Program-made: the position numbers and the translations under genes
Assembly (NCBI RefSeq): GCF_009834535.1
Contig: NC_045707.1
Location: 50,160,001 to 50,224,000 of the forward strand
Source: Camelus ferus
Taxonomy: Eukaryota
Direction: 5' to 3'
DNA: 64,000 nt
Notes under the pieces: generated by a model
The model's input: the letters and a program-made list of their open reading frames with translations, nothing else
What the model was told of the DNA's origin: nothing
Databases searched by the model: none
Part shown: positions 13,601-28,100 of the stretch, piece by piece
Position numbering within the stretch: position 1 is the stretch's first letter
Layout: every line of letters starts with the position of its first letter

Positions 13601-16600
13601 AGGCTGTACATTCTTCAGGATCCAGTTCACAAAGCATCTTCTCTGTGAAGCCCTTCCTGGCTCCTGACTGTCTTGTCCTGTTTTTCTTAACACATATCTC
13701 ACCCAAATAGCCTCCAAGCTTCTTGCCAAATGTGCCTTGGCATCTCCTGAGCCGAGCAGAGCACCAGCATAGCATAAGATCTGAATAAGTAATTGATGAT
13801 AACTAAATGAATGGAATGACTGTACAATTCAGTTCACTGAACGGAGTAAGTATTTACTAAATGAAAACTGATCAATAAACAGGTTAATGCCTAAACTGAT
13901 TAACAAGTCCATGTATTGACAAGAGACACAAAATAATAACAGACGCTAACACTTGTGTCCTGCTGACTGTCCTGGGCTCCCGTGCTTAGTCCTTTGCATA
14001 GATTATCTTCTTCCATCTTCACAACTCAAGAGATAAATGCTCTCATAAAACCCATTTTACAGATGAGAAAATGGAGGCACCATGCTAGAGTCTTTAAGAA
14101 CGCAGCCTGATCTGGGAGCTGTTTACTCTACTCAGCAGTAGGATCCTGGGCCCTTCACTAGCCACAGGGGACGTGGTGACTGTTGACGGTGGAGGGAGAT
14201 GTCATCCAGCTCTTCTTGTCTCTTTGCCTCCCTCCCTCTCCCCTCCCTGTGTCTTGCATTAACAAGAAGAATACATTCCACGCAGTTCAACTGCTGGGTC
14301 CCACATGGTACCTGCCCCTTCCTCTCCCGATGGGTGAGGCCGTACTGGAAGGGGCAAGAGCTTTCGCCCACTGCCCCCAATTCTCCTTTGAGCTCTTTAC
14401 CTTGCTAGCATCAAGGTGTAGCTGTGGCAGAAGCTGAAGTGAAATGATAAGGCATTTTCCTGTTTGTTTGGTATTTGTGTATCTCCCTTGTTCCGAGACC
14501 CCCAGAAGTAGTTACATCTCCCTCTTCAGTCCATACTCCACCCCATGAGGTAAGTGTCCTTATCCCCAACAAACACAGGAGGCACCTGAGAGTCCCAGAG
14601 GTTTAGCAATTCGTCTGGTGTCCCAGAAGCTGGACACAGAGCCGGGATTTGAACTGAGGACCATCTGCCTCCAATGTGAGGCAATTCAATAAATACGTAT
14701 GACACACCTCTTTTTTGGGGGTGCTCATGAACACACAGCATGCTGTCACTAAGACCCTTTGGTGTCAGGAACATGCCTGTAATCACCTTCTCAGGCTATT
14801 GGCCAAGGCCTCCTTTAAAGCACGACTCTGGTGACAGCTTTTTGGCTTCCTTATTAGAAAAAGTCACAAAGATGCCACTCACTGGTGTGATGCTAGCGCA
14901 TGATGGCGAGAAGCCACGCATGATGGCGAGTACGACCGTCTCCAGCTGAGAAGTCCAGAATCCTTGCCCTGACTTCCGCCCTTCTCTCCTCTTCTGCTCT
15001 TGCCAGACTAATGCGCTCGCTCAGAGTTTACATACAGCCATTTCTGTCGACCTGTTCGTGACGGATGATGAGAGCCTGTTATGAAACAAGGCACCAGTAG
15101 GAGACAGGAGCCCAGAGCCCACACCCACGCTGTTTGCTTTGTGAAATTCCAGACTGTTGAATCTGCTCTACCTCAGCCTAAGAACTCCAGATTCCACTTT
15201 TCTTAATGACTTTCCCCTCCTTAAATGCCTACACAGTTATCTCTGAAAAAGGAGAAAAAGAATAGATGAATCATGTGCAGGAAACGGGGGGAGGAGAGCT
15301 GTGTGGCTGGAGCAGCATATGGCTGAGCGTGTGGGCACACAGCTGTCTGTGTTGTTCCTTCCACCACCCTCTGGAAGCAAGTCCTTTGGACGTGTACTTT
15401 CATTCCAAGGTGGGGGCTGCACCCGTTTCAGGTACTAACATGTAATTCCACACCTGCTCAGATTCTTCTCGAAACTCCAGGGGAAGTGGGAAAGTCAGGC
15501 TTGGCTCACAGAGGACTGTTGATCCTCTCCCTGAAGTTGTGACGTTAAATCTTCTAAAGAAAAGGTAATAAACTACTTTCAGTTCGTGGCCACAGAATTT
15601 CTCATGCTGTCTTCTCTCTCCTGCAGGATGTGAAGTGAGTGTGTGAATATTGCTTGTGTCACAGTGTAAACTCTCTAAGCTCATAAGGGATTGACAAATG
15701 CCCAGGTGGGAGCTGGAGGAGAGAGACATTCAGATAGAAATGTGCATTAAGCCGGTAAACACAAATTGTTCTTGGTGGGGCTTTTGATGGTGGGGGTCAT
15801 GGAAAGGACATACAGACACTATGATGTTGGGGACAAGTGCCCGTGTGTTGCTCCCCACAGTTAGCTTCTTGCTGCCTCTATGACCATTTCGCTTGGATAA
15901 CTAAGTTTCTAGAATCCCAAGAATCCAAGAGAACACACATTTTTGAAAAACTGACTCTTTTCAGAAGGCTTCATTTAGGCCCTCCGGTTAGTTCTACGTA
16001 AATTTCCCAAAGTTACCTGGATGTATATACTAGGATAAGTAATTGTGGTTATTTTAGTTTTAGATGTGTGCAACTCATTTCATCAACAGACTCTCTCCCA
16101 TTGATTTTTCCCCACCACGTCCCTCACTGCCACCTGCCCTCCCTCCCCTAGAACCATCGCACAGGACCCTGATGTGAGTACAGAGGGATAAGGGCTTGAA
16201 GGGCTTGTCATTTTTTAGTGCAAGAGGAGTTTTGGTAAAATATGTGTCTAGAAGTTGAGGTTTCTTAGCACAAATTATTATCTATCACTTGTAACAAAGA
16301 AATGTGGTTAAGAGCATTTTTTATTAATGAACACTCCTTTAGAATCAACTTTTATAATAAAAGTCATCTGATTAAGAATGAGTAAACTCAGTCTAGAAAT
16401 CAATCTGAATAATCATACAAAATATTTCAGCAATCATAAATCCTGCTACTAATAGAATTTCCACCCCCATACTGATGATGATTTGATGACTTGTTTATCT
16501 CAAAGTCATTCATATTAACCTTCACAAAAGCACTCATTCTTGGACCCTCAAAAGCTTTGAAATTATTCTTCATGATTTAAAAATACGACTCTACTGGACT

Positions 16601-18264
16601 AACTTTTGTGCCCCTCAGGAAGCTCCAGCTCCACCTGACCCCCAAGCCTCAGCGTCTTCCTGAATGGAGAGCCTCCTTGGGGTGGGTGTAACAGGAGTGA
16701 GTCTCACTAGCTCCCGGCCCAGGGAGACCGACCAAGACTCAGGTGCCTTATGGAAGACTATTGCCCTCCCAAGCTTTTTTCCCACTTGGCAGCTTCCTAA
16801 GATGTGGAATCTGGCTTCCCTTATGGCTCACTAAAGTGGCTGGGGAACAACACAGATATGCAGGGGAGATAAATTTTGAATCAAGGGACCAGAGGCCAGG
16901 AAGAGAAATCCTTCCTTTCTCCACCCCCACCCACTGACGCCTTACTTCTCCTTCTCAACTCATCCTGAGTGTCACATTATAATGAAAACTGTTCTCACTC
17001 CTCAGGCTTGCTGGGGGTCAAAGAGCATTGGCTTTTGTTTGTTTTGTTTTAATCTCAGAAGAGTATCAGTCATAAACTCAGCCTCAGCCATTATTATCTA
17101 ACCAAACCGGGAGGGAATTTTAACTCATTAAAATAACAGCCTTAATATACACTTCCAGCATTCACAGCCCTGAGGCAGCTGTGACAGCAGAGTGATGGCA
17201 CTAAATGTCTAAGAGCCTTTATCCTCAACCCCACCTCTCCTTAAGAAGATACTATCTGGTCCACTAAGTAGAGAAGTGAAAAAGTTCCCTTTCTCAGTCT
17301 GGATGTGGTTTCAAGTGTCTTGTTTCTAATTCCCAAACATCACATTGCTCTTGGCAGCTGATACTCTTTAGCTGTTGATTAAAAGATACATATTTTACCC
17401 AAAATAGAATATCCTGCATCAAAAGGATTCTGAATATTACTTTGACCTGGCTTTATCACAAGTACACATCACGAGTCTGCTCAGAGTGAACCGCGAGGTC
17501 AGGACACAGAGGCCGAGGATGGTATCAGAGGTACCACGATGCATGGAGATGAGGAAGTGGATCGGTGAATAGCAGGCTGCGAGCACCCACACCAAGCTGG
17601 GCAGAGTAACCCATCTGAGGAAAGAAATGCTCGCATCCAGCCGTATTGTGGTGAGATGAAACCCACTCACAGGAACGTTAGGTGAGGTGTAGGGAACGTA
17701 CTTTTCAACCCACGGACCCTTCACTGGTGTGCTAGTTAACTTTAATGCAGATTTTAGATCTCCAATCATCCTTCTTATTAGGAAGAAAATAGACTGTAGG
17801 CAGTAGGCTGGACTGAAGGTAGAATGAGTGATTTCTTTTTTTTTTTAAATCATTGTCTTAGTCAAATTCCCTAGAGAATAAAACCTACGGCAAAGATTCC
17901 TCGCCAAGGCTCTGTTGGAAGGCGCAATCCCAGGGCTGCAAAAACGAGGCAGAGAGAGAGCTAAGGCAGAGAAAACAGCGGTGCAGACACCAGGTGGGCA
18001 TGTCAGGGAGCTGGCCACAAAGTCATAGGAAAATACGAGCCTGTTGTTCATCCTGCAAGTCACCTTGAAGCGATCCACCCCTGGGATTACTAAGCCCCTC
18101 TACATTTTTTTTTCTATCTAAAACTAATAATTGAGTTCTGGTGTTAAAGTTCAGTGGCTACAACCAACTTGATATTATGGTTGAAAAATAAAGCATAAAA
18201 ATAAAACAGGATTTTTATTTTACATATTTATTTACCAATCAAAAAACTGGAAGAGAATGTGAGT

Positions 18265-19000
18265 ATATCGCTCACAGGAAAGGAAATTCAAACAGCCTTT
18301 AAACACAGGAAAAGATGCTCTACCTGACTCTTAGTGAGAGAAATGGAAGTTAAAGCTGTCATGAGATATGAAGACTCATCTATCTGACTAGCACAAGGTT
18401 TGGGGGCACACGGTGTCAGCTAAGGCACAGGAAAAAACAGCAGTGGCGGGAATGCAAACTTGTACAATCTCCGAAGGAGGCGGTTAGGTGACAGGAAGCA
18501 AAATTATAAATTTGCACACTCTGACCAAGCAATTCCACATCTAAGAATTCATCCTACAAATACACACAAAGTGGACACGTGTGTAAAGAGCCTATGTACC
18601 TCAGCCTTTGCCTGCAGTTGCAGACAAGATTATGAACAATCTCAATGCCCACCGAGAGGAAGGGTGCATACATAAACCACGCTGTGCTCACGCAGTGAGA
18701 TGCCATGTGGCCATTAAAAAGACTGAGGGAGCTCTATGTTTTCTGATGTGAGCCCACCTCCAAAGTGCGTTCAGTGAAAATCAACTTGCACTCCTGTAGG
18801 CTGCGTCTGCTACAGCTGTGTCATGACGCCACCAGGAAGACTAAATGTATATGTTTGTGTATGGACAGACTCTCTTTGGGAGAACCCACAAGACTGGTTA
18901 ACAGTGGCTGCCTCTGGAGAAAGGAACTAGGGGTCTAGGAGAGACTTTTACTCTATACCACTTCTTTCGTTTTGAATTTTGTTCCATGCACAATGATCAT
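18265..19000 (+). mobile_element. Ancient degraded LINE-1 (L1ME-like) fragment
   Basis: Diverged matches to L1 ORF2 3' motifs (aaagatgctc..., gaccaagcaattccacatctaagaattcatcc). Confidence 0.6.
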
Positions 19001-19141
19001 CTACCCAAATATAACTCAGTAATGTTTCATTTTTTAAGAGAAGAAAAAACTGTATAATAAATGTAGATATTTGAAAAGGGGCATTCATCTCGTTTATGAG
19101 AAAACTGTATTCTGCAGTTCCATGTCATCTGGAAGCAGCAC

Positions 19142-20260
19142 TTTATTTATTTATTTTTTCATTTATTATAAAATACACTTACAGGCGGTTTTAGGTTTAG
19201 GGCAAAATTGAGCAGGAAGTACAGAAGTTTCCCATATACACCCTGTCCCACACATGCACAGTCTCTGCCGTTATCAACATCCCTCACCAGAGTGGAAGCA
19301 ATGAGCCTACACTCCGATCTTGTTATCACCCAAAGTCCAAAATTCATGTCAGAGCCCACTCTCGGTGTTGTACACCCTGTGGATTTTAACAAATGTATAC
19401 TGATGTGTATCTGTCATTATAATATCATACAGAAACACTGCCCTACAAAACCTCTGTGCTCCACCAATTCACCCGTCCCAACCTCCAACCCTTGGCAATC
19501 ACTGATCTTTTTCCTGTCTCCATAGTTTTGCCTTTTCAAGGTCATATAGTTGTACTCATACAGTGTGTAGCCTTTTCAGATTTGCTTCTTTCACTTAGCA
19601 ATACGCATTTCAGCTCCTTACAAGTCTCTTCATGACTTGGTAACACATTTCTTTTTAGTGCTGAATAATACTCCATTGCCTGGATTGACCACAGTTTACT
19701 CATTCACCAACTGAAGGACATCCTGTTGCTTCTAAGTTTTGCCAGTTATGAATAAAGCCGCTATAAACATCTATGTGCAGGGTTTTTTTGTGGACATGTT
19801 TTCAGCTCCTTTGGGTAAATACTAAGGAGTGTGACTGTATCATATGAAGAGTATGTTTAGTTTTGTAAGAAGTTGCCAAACTGCCTTCCAAAGTGGCTGT
19901 GCCATTTTGCATTCCCACCAGCAATGGATGAGAGTTCCTGTCACCACACGTCTTTGCCAGCCTTTCGTGTTGTCAGTGTTTCAGGTTTTGGCCACTCTGA
20001 CAGCTGTGCAGTGGTGTCTCACTGTTGTTTTAATTTGCACTTCCCTGGTGACATAAGATGTGGGGCATCTTTTCATGTGCTTACTCATCATCTCCATATC
20101 TTTGGTGAAGTGGCCATTAAGGTCTCTGGCCCTTTTTAAAATCGGGCTGTTCATTTTCTTACTGCTGAGCTTTAAGAGATCTTTGTACATGTTGCATAAC
20201 AGTCCTTTATCAGATGTGTCTTGTGCAAACATTTTCTCCCAGTCTGTGGCTTGCGCGTAT
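19142..20260 (-). mobile_element. Older LINE-1 (L1M-type) ORF2 3' end and 3' UTR
   Basis: Minus-strand translation gives L1 ORF2-like DWEKMFA...SDKGL...MKRCPTS...REVQIKTTVRHH; T-rich tail at the left end. Confidence 0.88.
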
Positions 20261-23065
20261 TTTAAAAAAGAAGTGAATAAGCCACCTTTAAAAATTGAAA
20301 CTGAAATTAGAATTATCAAATGGCCACGTTACTTTATTAGTAAATGAAGAATTCTTTATTCGTAACTGATTCTCTGTTGTCAGCACAGCCAGGTCTCCAG
20401 TTGTTTTCTTTGAGAGCTTTGAGGTAAAGGAATCTAATGTGTAATGGATGAGTACGTGCAAATGCAGACTGTGATGATTGTGATATTTACATTGCCCTTA
20501 AAATAAGAACTAATTTGTGTGAGGATTAAAAAGGGTTATCCTTCTGTAATTTGTAATCTCTCAACTGCTTTGTGATGAATTTTGCCAGTAAGTTTTTTCC
20601 CAAAAATGCATGTTGAGAGAACAAGTGAATCAGAATAATTTACTGTACCAGAGCAAATATTTCCATCTGAGAGAACTAATCATTTATTAATTACATAACA
20701 GTACCTTAGAAAGTAGTGAATATTACCTTCTCCTTATGTGTTCCTGACATGTCTCGTTATACAACGTTATAATCATTTAGTTTTCAAGTATAAAATGGAG
20801 ACCTGTGGAGTTCCTCAGGGTAAGTCCAAGTCGTCCCACCCAGGGATGGAAGGACTCCGTCGGTCACCTAACACCACCATCCTTTTGGATCTTGAACTGT
20901 ACACTATTCTGACAGCACACTGAACGCTTCCTTTGCAACATTCTCTCTGAGGTCTTGTTCCCACCTTTTAGCTTCTTCATGTCCCCATGTGATTGATCTT
21001 TTTATCCCTCAGAAGATCTTGCCTCAACTCAGCAGATGTATTACCGTGGAGTTTTTTGAAAAGGTTGAAAACAGTCGTTTGGGCAAAGTTGAAAGCATTT
21101 TCAGCCTGAAGTGCATCCTGTAATAGATACCAGTGAGACTTTTCCAAAAAGAGGAGGCAACCCGGCTACGGTTCTGGGTGGTGAAATGGAGATCTAGTTG
21201 TCAAACAGGCCTGCGTAACAGGTGGAAAAGGCACAGCAAGGTGTCCCTTTCTTCCAAGCCAGACTCCCAACACCCCAAACGCAAGAACAACCTGAAGGCA
21301 TTATGCCCAACTTTTTACTTAAATGACTGTGTTTAACTCCTTCTACTAACATGGGATGCCGCCACCCCATTTTAGCCGTAAGAGTAATAGGAGTGACATG
21401 CCTTATACTTTTATTTGTAATGAAAACCAACAGGGAGACAAGATCTTTCTTTACAAAATTTTACTTTACGGAACAGTGTTTGTAACCACACACGTTGCAA
21501 TGGCATTTTCGTCCTAAAGGCCACGAACGATTGCATTAGAAATGCCACTTCCTGGGTTGTGAGCACTTGGAGCTTCAATAGAAACTTCTCTCCAACAAGT
21601 ATTTCTGACACTTTTACCCAACTTTTCTGCAGGTTTGAAATTTTTATAATAAAAAGTTAGTGGCAAAAGGTAATTTCTTTCTAGAAATTGGCATTTAGAA
21701 TAACATTTCCCCCTCTTTCTTACCTACCACTACAAGCACCTCTCAGGACCTGCCTGTGTGAGATGAGATAAGGACTTTGTCATTTTCTATTCCTAGGGAG
21801 GGATTCTGGGTCACAGAAGGGCTAAGTGATTGTCCTACCCCAGAAATAAGAGGAATAAAATGAAGCAGGATGGTCAGTACGTTATTTTGGGGACAGGACT
21901 ATCGAGATGGTAGAGCATCATTTTCTTGGACAACTGCAACTGCTTCCTAATTGGTCTTCCCACCTCACTTTCTCCCCTCCAGCCTACTCACCCCCTTTGT
22001 TACCAGAACCATATTCTGAGATCATGCCACATCTGCGATGTGTAAATATCTGCGATGACTTCTCACCGACTAGACAAAAATTCCAAACTTCTTAGCAGGA
22101 CACCCACAGCCCAGGCCCACCCGGCTTTAAACTACCTTTCCTGTGTTCTTTGCCGCTCTGTGCCCTCCAGACCGCTCAACAGCTCTCCCACGGTCATGCG
22201 TGTCCACGGCTCCAGACCTCCGCTCGTGCCACTGGCTCGCTTACGAAGACTGCCTTTCTTCTTCTATCCTTCTGGGACTTGGTGGGAGGGGGGTGGTTTC
22301 TGTTTATCTATAGGGATCTACCTCGAATACTATGTTCTCTGGGCCACTTCCCAACACCCAAGGTCAATGAACCCACTTCCTCCTCTTGTTCCTACAGCCC
22401 TTTTTTTCTATTGCAATTACTACATTTATTTTCTTACATTCTAGCTACCTGGGGATGTGTCTAACCTCCCCAATCAGACTTACTTTTGTGACAGCAAGGT
22501 CTGACTCTTACTGATTTCCATACACTCCAGCAATCATTTCAGACCTAGACACACAACGGTGCTCAACGAAACACATGAGGCTGTTACCAAGAGAAACCTT
22601 TTAGGCAAAACCACAGACAGATCCGGGTACAGGTTCAGGCCTCTTGAAAAGAAACCAGAGTTTGTGCCAGCTCAAGAATTGAGCTTACAAGGACAAGGTG
22701 ATCAGTTATGTCAACAGCTGTACTTTTCTGTTAAGAAGTTCTGATATGTGTGGGTGAAGTGCACTAGCTGATTCATCCTTCCAGGCAACCTTTAAGAAAA
22801 CGTCTGTGCTTTTGGACCAGAGCTAATGGGTGAGGAACCTGGATGTCTCGGATATCAGGTGCTTTTCAAAGCGTGGTCCACCTGTGAGAGCCACTCCTGG
22901 CTCCTGCCCCTCTCCAGACATCTCAAGAGTCGCCGAGGGGGGCGTGGACCAAAGCAAGTACCTCCAGCTTCCTCTAAACATTTATTCCAAGACCCACTGG
23001 TCTGGCTGGAAACCTCTCCCTAGACAAGGGGAGTGATGGGGAGTGAGTGCTGTGAATTCTAAGCC

Positions 23066-23220
23066 TGCGGTTCTCAGCTCAGGTTGCAGACTAGAATTCC
23101 CTAGGGGAACTTCTGAAACATATCGATGCCTGGGATGCACCTCACATCATTTAGATCAGACGTACTGGAGATGGGACTTGAGCACCTGTATTTTTCACAA
23201 GTTTGCTTCTGAGCCAAGGT
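23066..23220. mobile_element. MER5-like hAT-Charlie relic
   Basis: gcggttctcag...agaattccctaggggaactt...gatgcctggg...tgtatttttcacaag pattern. Confidence 0.55.
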
Positions 23221-26200
23221 GGATGTTGGATAAATGTCAGATTCTTTTGATAAAAATCAGAGACCTCTAGTGGTAAGAGGCCCCAGATTTAGGTCACACT
23301 CCTCACTCTCACTATAAAAGTACATTTCATACTAAATTTAACTAGACGGAAAAAAAAAAAAACATTTTGGCAAGTGGGTACAGTCATCTAAACTGAGTCC
23401 TCTCCACCTCTCTGCATTTTGATTAACATCACCTTGCATAGAAGGGCCAGGCTGAAGGAAAGACAGCAACGTTCCAAAATAAAGCCCAACGGTCTGCATA
23501 CCTTAAAGGGGCGACGGCGGCGGGGGGAGGGGGGAGCAGGGTCCAGGCTCCAGGTCTGGAGGCTGAGTGGGTACACATGCACGTGGGCTGGCTGCCTTCT
23601 TATATCTCAGTCATTCAAGATCCACAGGTCCTGCTGTACCTCCTCTAACAATGATACATCGTAAGTGCCACCAATTTCAGCAACAGAAATAATTTTTTAA
23701 CACCTTTTATACAAACTTCTCTAAAAAACCCACAGGTTACTGAGCTAAGGTATTGGTTCATATTAGAGAATGTTACAGCTAACTATCCATCTTTAAAGCA
23801 TTAGAGTGCTATGGTAGCAATCCTGAATTACTCAAAGCAAATTACCATACAGACAACATAACAAAAGAGCAGAGAAATCCCCATCATAAAGGCTTTTTCC
23901 CTGGGAAACTGGTTAGGTGAGGCAGGATGGGGGGTGCAATAACCTAGCAAGGCTTTGACTTTAGAGTTTGGGTAAAGAATCTAAAACTTCTGATGGCTCC
24001 AGAAAAACCTGGCCGACTTACACCAAAAGATGCACACTTGTCAGACATTTAATAAAAATAACCTTGGAATCACACATGTGCAAAATTACTGTAGAAACTG
24101 AGCTAAGCAGGTGGCTCATTCAGTGAAAGCTAGGTGTACTTCCATCATGTGGCCTTCAGCAGAGCACTCTTCACCCACGAGTGGAAGATTCCTCCCCGTC
24201 ACGGGAGAGTGGCTCCCAGACCCAACTCTGACCCACCCCCTTCTCCCTCCACCTAGAAAGCACTTGCTGGACAGGGTGTCAGAGGAAGGAAGGAACTTCC
24301 CAGGGGAGATTTCTTAGATGCGGGAGTCCTTAAAAGCTTGAGTACATAAATGGGTGCTCCCATCAGCGACAGCAGACCCAGATCCCTGAGAATGATGGTC
24401 ACATCGCTTGGGCCAGTACACTTTCCATTCACCTCCTGCAGACCGTGCAGTCAGTAAGAATGGCTGTGAGTGATGTGACCATCAGCAGATGAGTCTCAGA
24501 CTGCTGGGAAGTCCCTCTGAAGCAACCAACGTCCACAATGTCCTCAGTTTATCCAGACCTCTCAGCAGACTGAGAAACCAGGATTTCTGGGCTGCCTATG
24601 TCAGCAACTAAAAGGGATGGTAAATCAACTGATTCTGTTCTTTAACATTCTTTTTAATTAGAATCTTGCATGGATTTTTTTTTCCATTTCTAAGAACAAA
24701 ACTGACACTTTAAGGTTTTTCATTAAATAATCCCTTTTTAGCAAAGTCAAGAAATAATTATTAAAAACTGTGTGTATGTTTGTGTGTGTGTATGTTAACA
24801 ATAAAAATGGGTAACTGTCAATGAATTCTTGTTTCAGGACTGTGCCTACCCCTTTACAAATACAACTCACTGATTACAATAGTCCTGCGATAGACTATCT
24901 TCACTTCACAGGTAAGAACACTGAGGTATACAGAGACTATGTGACTGCCTGCAGAGTCACATGCTAGAAAGGTCCAGAATCCAGGCTGGCCTGACTCCAG
25001 AACTCTCAGTCTTGATCAGCAAGGTAAAATTTAACACATAACGTAGACGCTACCATTTTATAACCGGTTGCATGAGGTCAATTCCTATCGAGCAGGGAGC
25101 AGGGTATGCTAAAGCAGCTTTGAAGGGACTGAGATGTTTGAATTCCAGTGTGATGACCTGACATCTGAGCCCAGCCCTCCCTGCTGTAAAGCTGTGTTAA
25201 GAGTATTCCTGCTACGCAGAATGATCGTGGTAGTTAGAGTAAACATGGACAAAGCTTGGTGTGGAATTAACTGTAGCTATTATGTTGTTATTTTCAGGAT
25301 ATATTCAAATATCACTTTTGTAATTACCTCACCAAATGGCCTAAAACATTTGAACTGGAGTCTGGAGGCCCCTGGGGTTCCACTAACACATTCTTGGGGA
25401 ATCTGTGAGCTCTGAAGCGTGGTACGCTGAGCTAAAACATCCTTGTATCGTGGACACACATAGTCCTTTCCACTGACTGCTGAGGCAATACTAAGTTGGC
25501 AGGAAATTGTACCTCCTTAAAAAAAATAATTAGTTCTTGTACACAACAGTTATTTGTACTGCTCACACCTGCGTAAATAAAGGAACACAAGATGAGGAGA
25601 AAAGTCACTCGAGGAAACGTGGCCCACACAAAGAGGTACAGGGCAGGTATTCTGCATGGCCAGTGCCCAGGATGTTGCACACAGGAGGCCTCATGACATG
25701 ACCAGGGAAGGTTCTGGAAAGATGAATATATATATAGTCCCTCATCTCCCCAGAAGGAAATGTAAGCCTAATTTCCCACTAAAGGTCATCGTGGGTCTTT
25801 CGAAATAGTACAATGGGAAGCAAGGTACAACTGTTTCTTTTCCAAAATGAAACAAAAAACAAACCAAAGAGACCAACAGTAAATGAGCTTGGCTACTGCA
25901 GATGCAGAGGTGCCAACCTCCCGACGACTTCTCACATGGACATTGACATGTGCTTTTGCATTTCCTACTTTGTGAAAATAAAGGATAAGAGGGAAGAATC
26001 AATGAATGTTTTCCCACTGGAAGGAAAGGGACACAAACACCTGAGAGAAGAAACCCATGCTGCTATCCTTTCAGTGAATTTCCTTACTAGAGATGAACTT
26101 TCAAAGAATATTCCTGATGAAGTCTCTGTGGGATCCTGCTCGTACACTGATGGGTATTCCACCAGGTGATGGGAAGCAGAAACACAAGAAAGCTGATGAA

Positions 26201-27512
26201 GGGCGTAATTCTTAAGAGCTTAGCCTGACTGGGGCCAAGGTCTGAACGCCACAGCAGTTCATCTGCTCTTCCAGGTTGTGCCATTCTGGCAAAGGGTGAA
26301 AGGACCGTCTCCTTTGTAGGGAAGGACCACTCCGTCCCTGTGCCTGTGGATGTGACTCTGACACTACTGCTGTCAAGTCTAACCTCCCCTGTCTTTCCCC
26401 CCCATCACTGTGTTATTTGGGAAAAATCACTAACCTGCGCTCAAGGAGACCCCGCAGCTTCTCACCCTGGGATAAGCTGCACAGAGCAGCCGGAGGCAAT
26501 TCAATTGCAAACCAGGATCTGCAGTCATACGAAGTATTTTACTTTGTGGCTCATATTTGTAACCCGCTTTGGTTTTCTCCATGCACAGCCCATCATTTTG
26601 TGTTACCTGAGTTTCCAACTGTTAGTCCTTCGGGCCCCTCGGGTTCCACAGTTCCTGCTGTTCAGACAGAAGCTGCTGTCTTTTTGAGGCACCTGTCAGG
26701 AAAGCTCAGCATGAGTTCTGTGAACCCCATATGCCCTTTATTTTAAGTCAGACTATTTCTAACACATTTCTTAAATGCAGTTAAATTCTATTCGGAGGTT
26801 TAGCTGTTCTGAAAGCCACCGACTGTCACTTTGAGGGCCTCCCCGGGACCTCTAAAATGAATCCTGAATATACCACAAGATTCCATCTTAAGTCAGACCT
26901 TCCAAAACACGCTCTCCCTATTAGCTGAAAATCTGTTAAACTATTTTCACATGATGTGTTAATAAATGTCACTGCAGTCATACAGATTACTCCAAGAAGA
27001 TTAAAGGTCATGCTAACCCTTTTAGGTCTCGTAAATCACCAGTGTCCTCAAATGCAGGAAAATTCCTGCAAAGGAGGAGTTTCTCCAATAACCAAGCGAA
27101 CATTTATAACTGAAAGATTCATTTTTAAGGAACTTTCCAGGGGGAAATACCAGGAAGAATTCAAGCACAAGTACTCAGTGCACATACACACACACCACAC
27201 GCACGCACACACAGACACAAGGCTCTATGAAACTGTTTCTGTGCACTTAGGAAAATGGATCAGAGACAGTCTGCTGTATTCTCCAACCTTTAAATACAGC
27301 CCTCTATATGTCGATGACACTCTAAGCAGGGAACTGAGGTTCCTGGAAGTAAGGAAGCCTATGGTTCTTTCAGTCACTAGAACTCTCTTGAGAGAACGTT
27401 TCCTGGGGGCCCAGGCAATGGGGCCAAGATGAGGAGATTCAAAGCCAGATCACTAGCAATGGTGAGTCTGCTATGTGCAGAAATGAAGCAGTGAGTTTAA
27501 AAAAACATCTTC

Positions 27513-28089
27513 CTATTTACAACAGCCAAGACATGGAAATAACATAAATGTCCATCTACAGATGACTGGATAAAGAAGTTGTGGTATATTTATATAATGG
27601 AACACTACTCAGCCATAAAAAGAATCAAATAATGCCATTTGGAGCAACATGGATGGACCTGGAAATCATATTAAGTGAAGAAAGCCAGAAAGAGAAAGAA
27701 AAATACCATTTGACATCACTTATATGTGGAATCTTAAAAAAATGACACAAATTAACTTACTTACCAAACAGAAACAGACTCACACAGAAAACAAGCTTAT
27801 GGTCACTGCGGGGGAAGGAGGTGAGAAGGGATAAACTGGGAGCTTGAGATTTGCAGGTACCAACTATTATATATAAAAGAGAATAGAAAGCTATATATAA
27901 AATAAACTAGAAAAACAACAAGGTCCTACTGTATAGCAGAGAGAACTATATTCAATATCTTGTAGTAATCTATAATAAAAAAGAATATGAAAAGGAATAT
28001 ATGTATGTATATGTATGACTGAAACATTATGCTGTACACCAGAAATTGACACATTGTAACTGAGTATAATTTAATAAAACAACAACAAC
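27513..28089 (+). mobile_element. 5'-truncated LINE-1 3' end
   Basis: Homologous to the 6.5-7.4 kb copy (...cagccaagacatggaa...ggaatc...aataaa, AAC tail); probable TSD AAAACATCTTC 27502-27512 / AAAACATCATC 28090-28100. Confidence 0.88.
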
Positions 28090-28100
28090 AAAACATCATC

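Noticed and set aside
26956..27432. 158-aa ORF
   Set aside because: Non-ATG start, runs through a CA-rich repeat, no recognisable homology or exon structure
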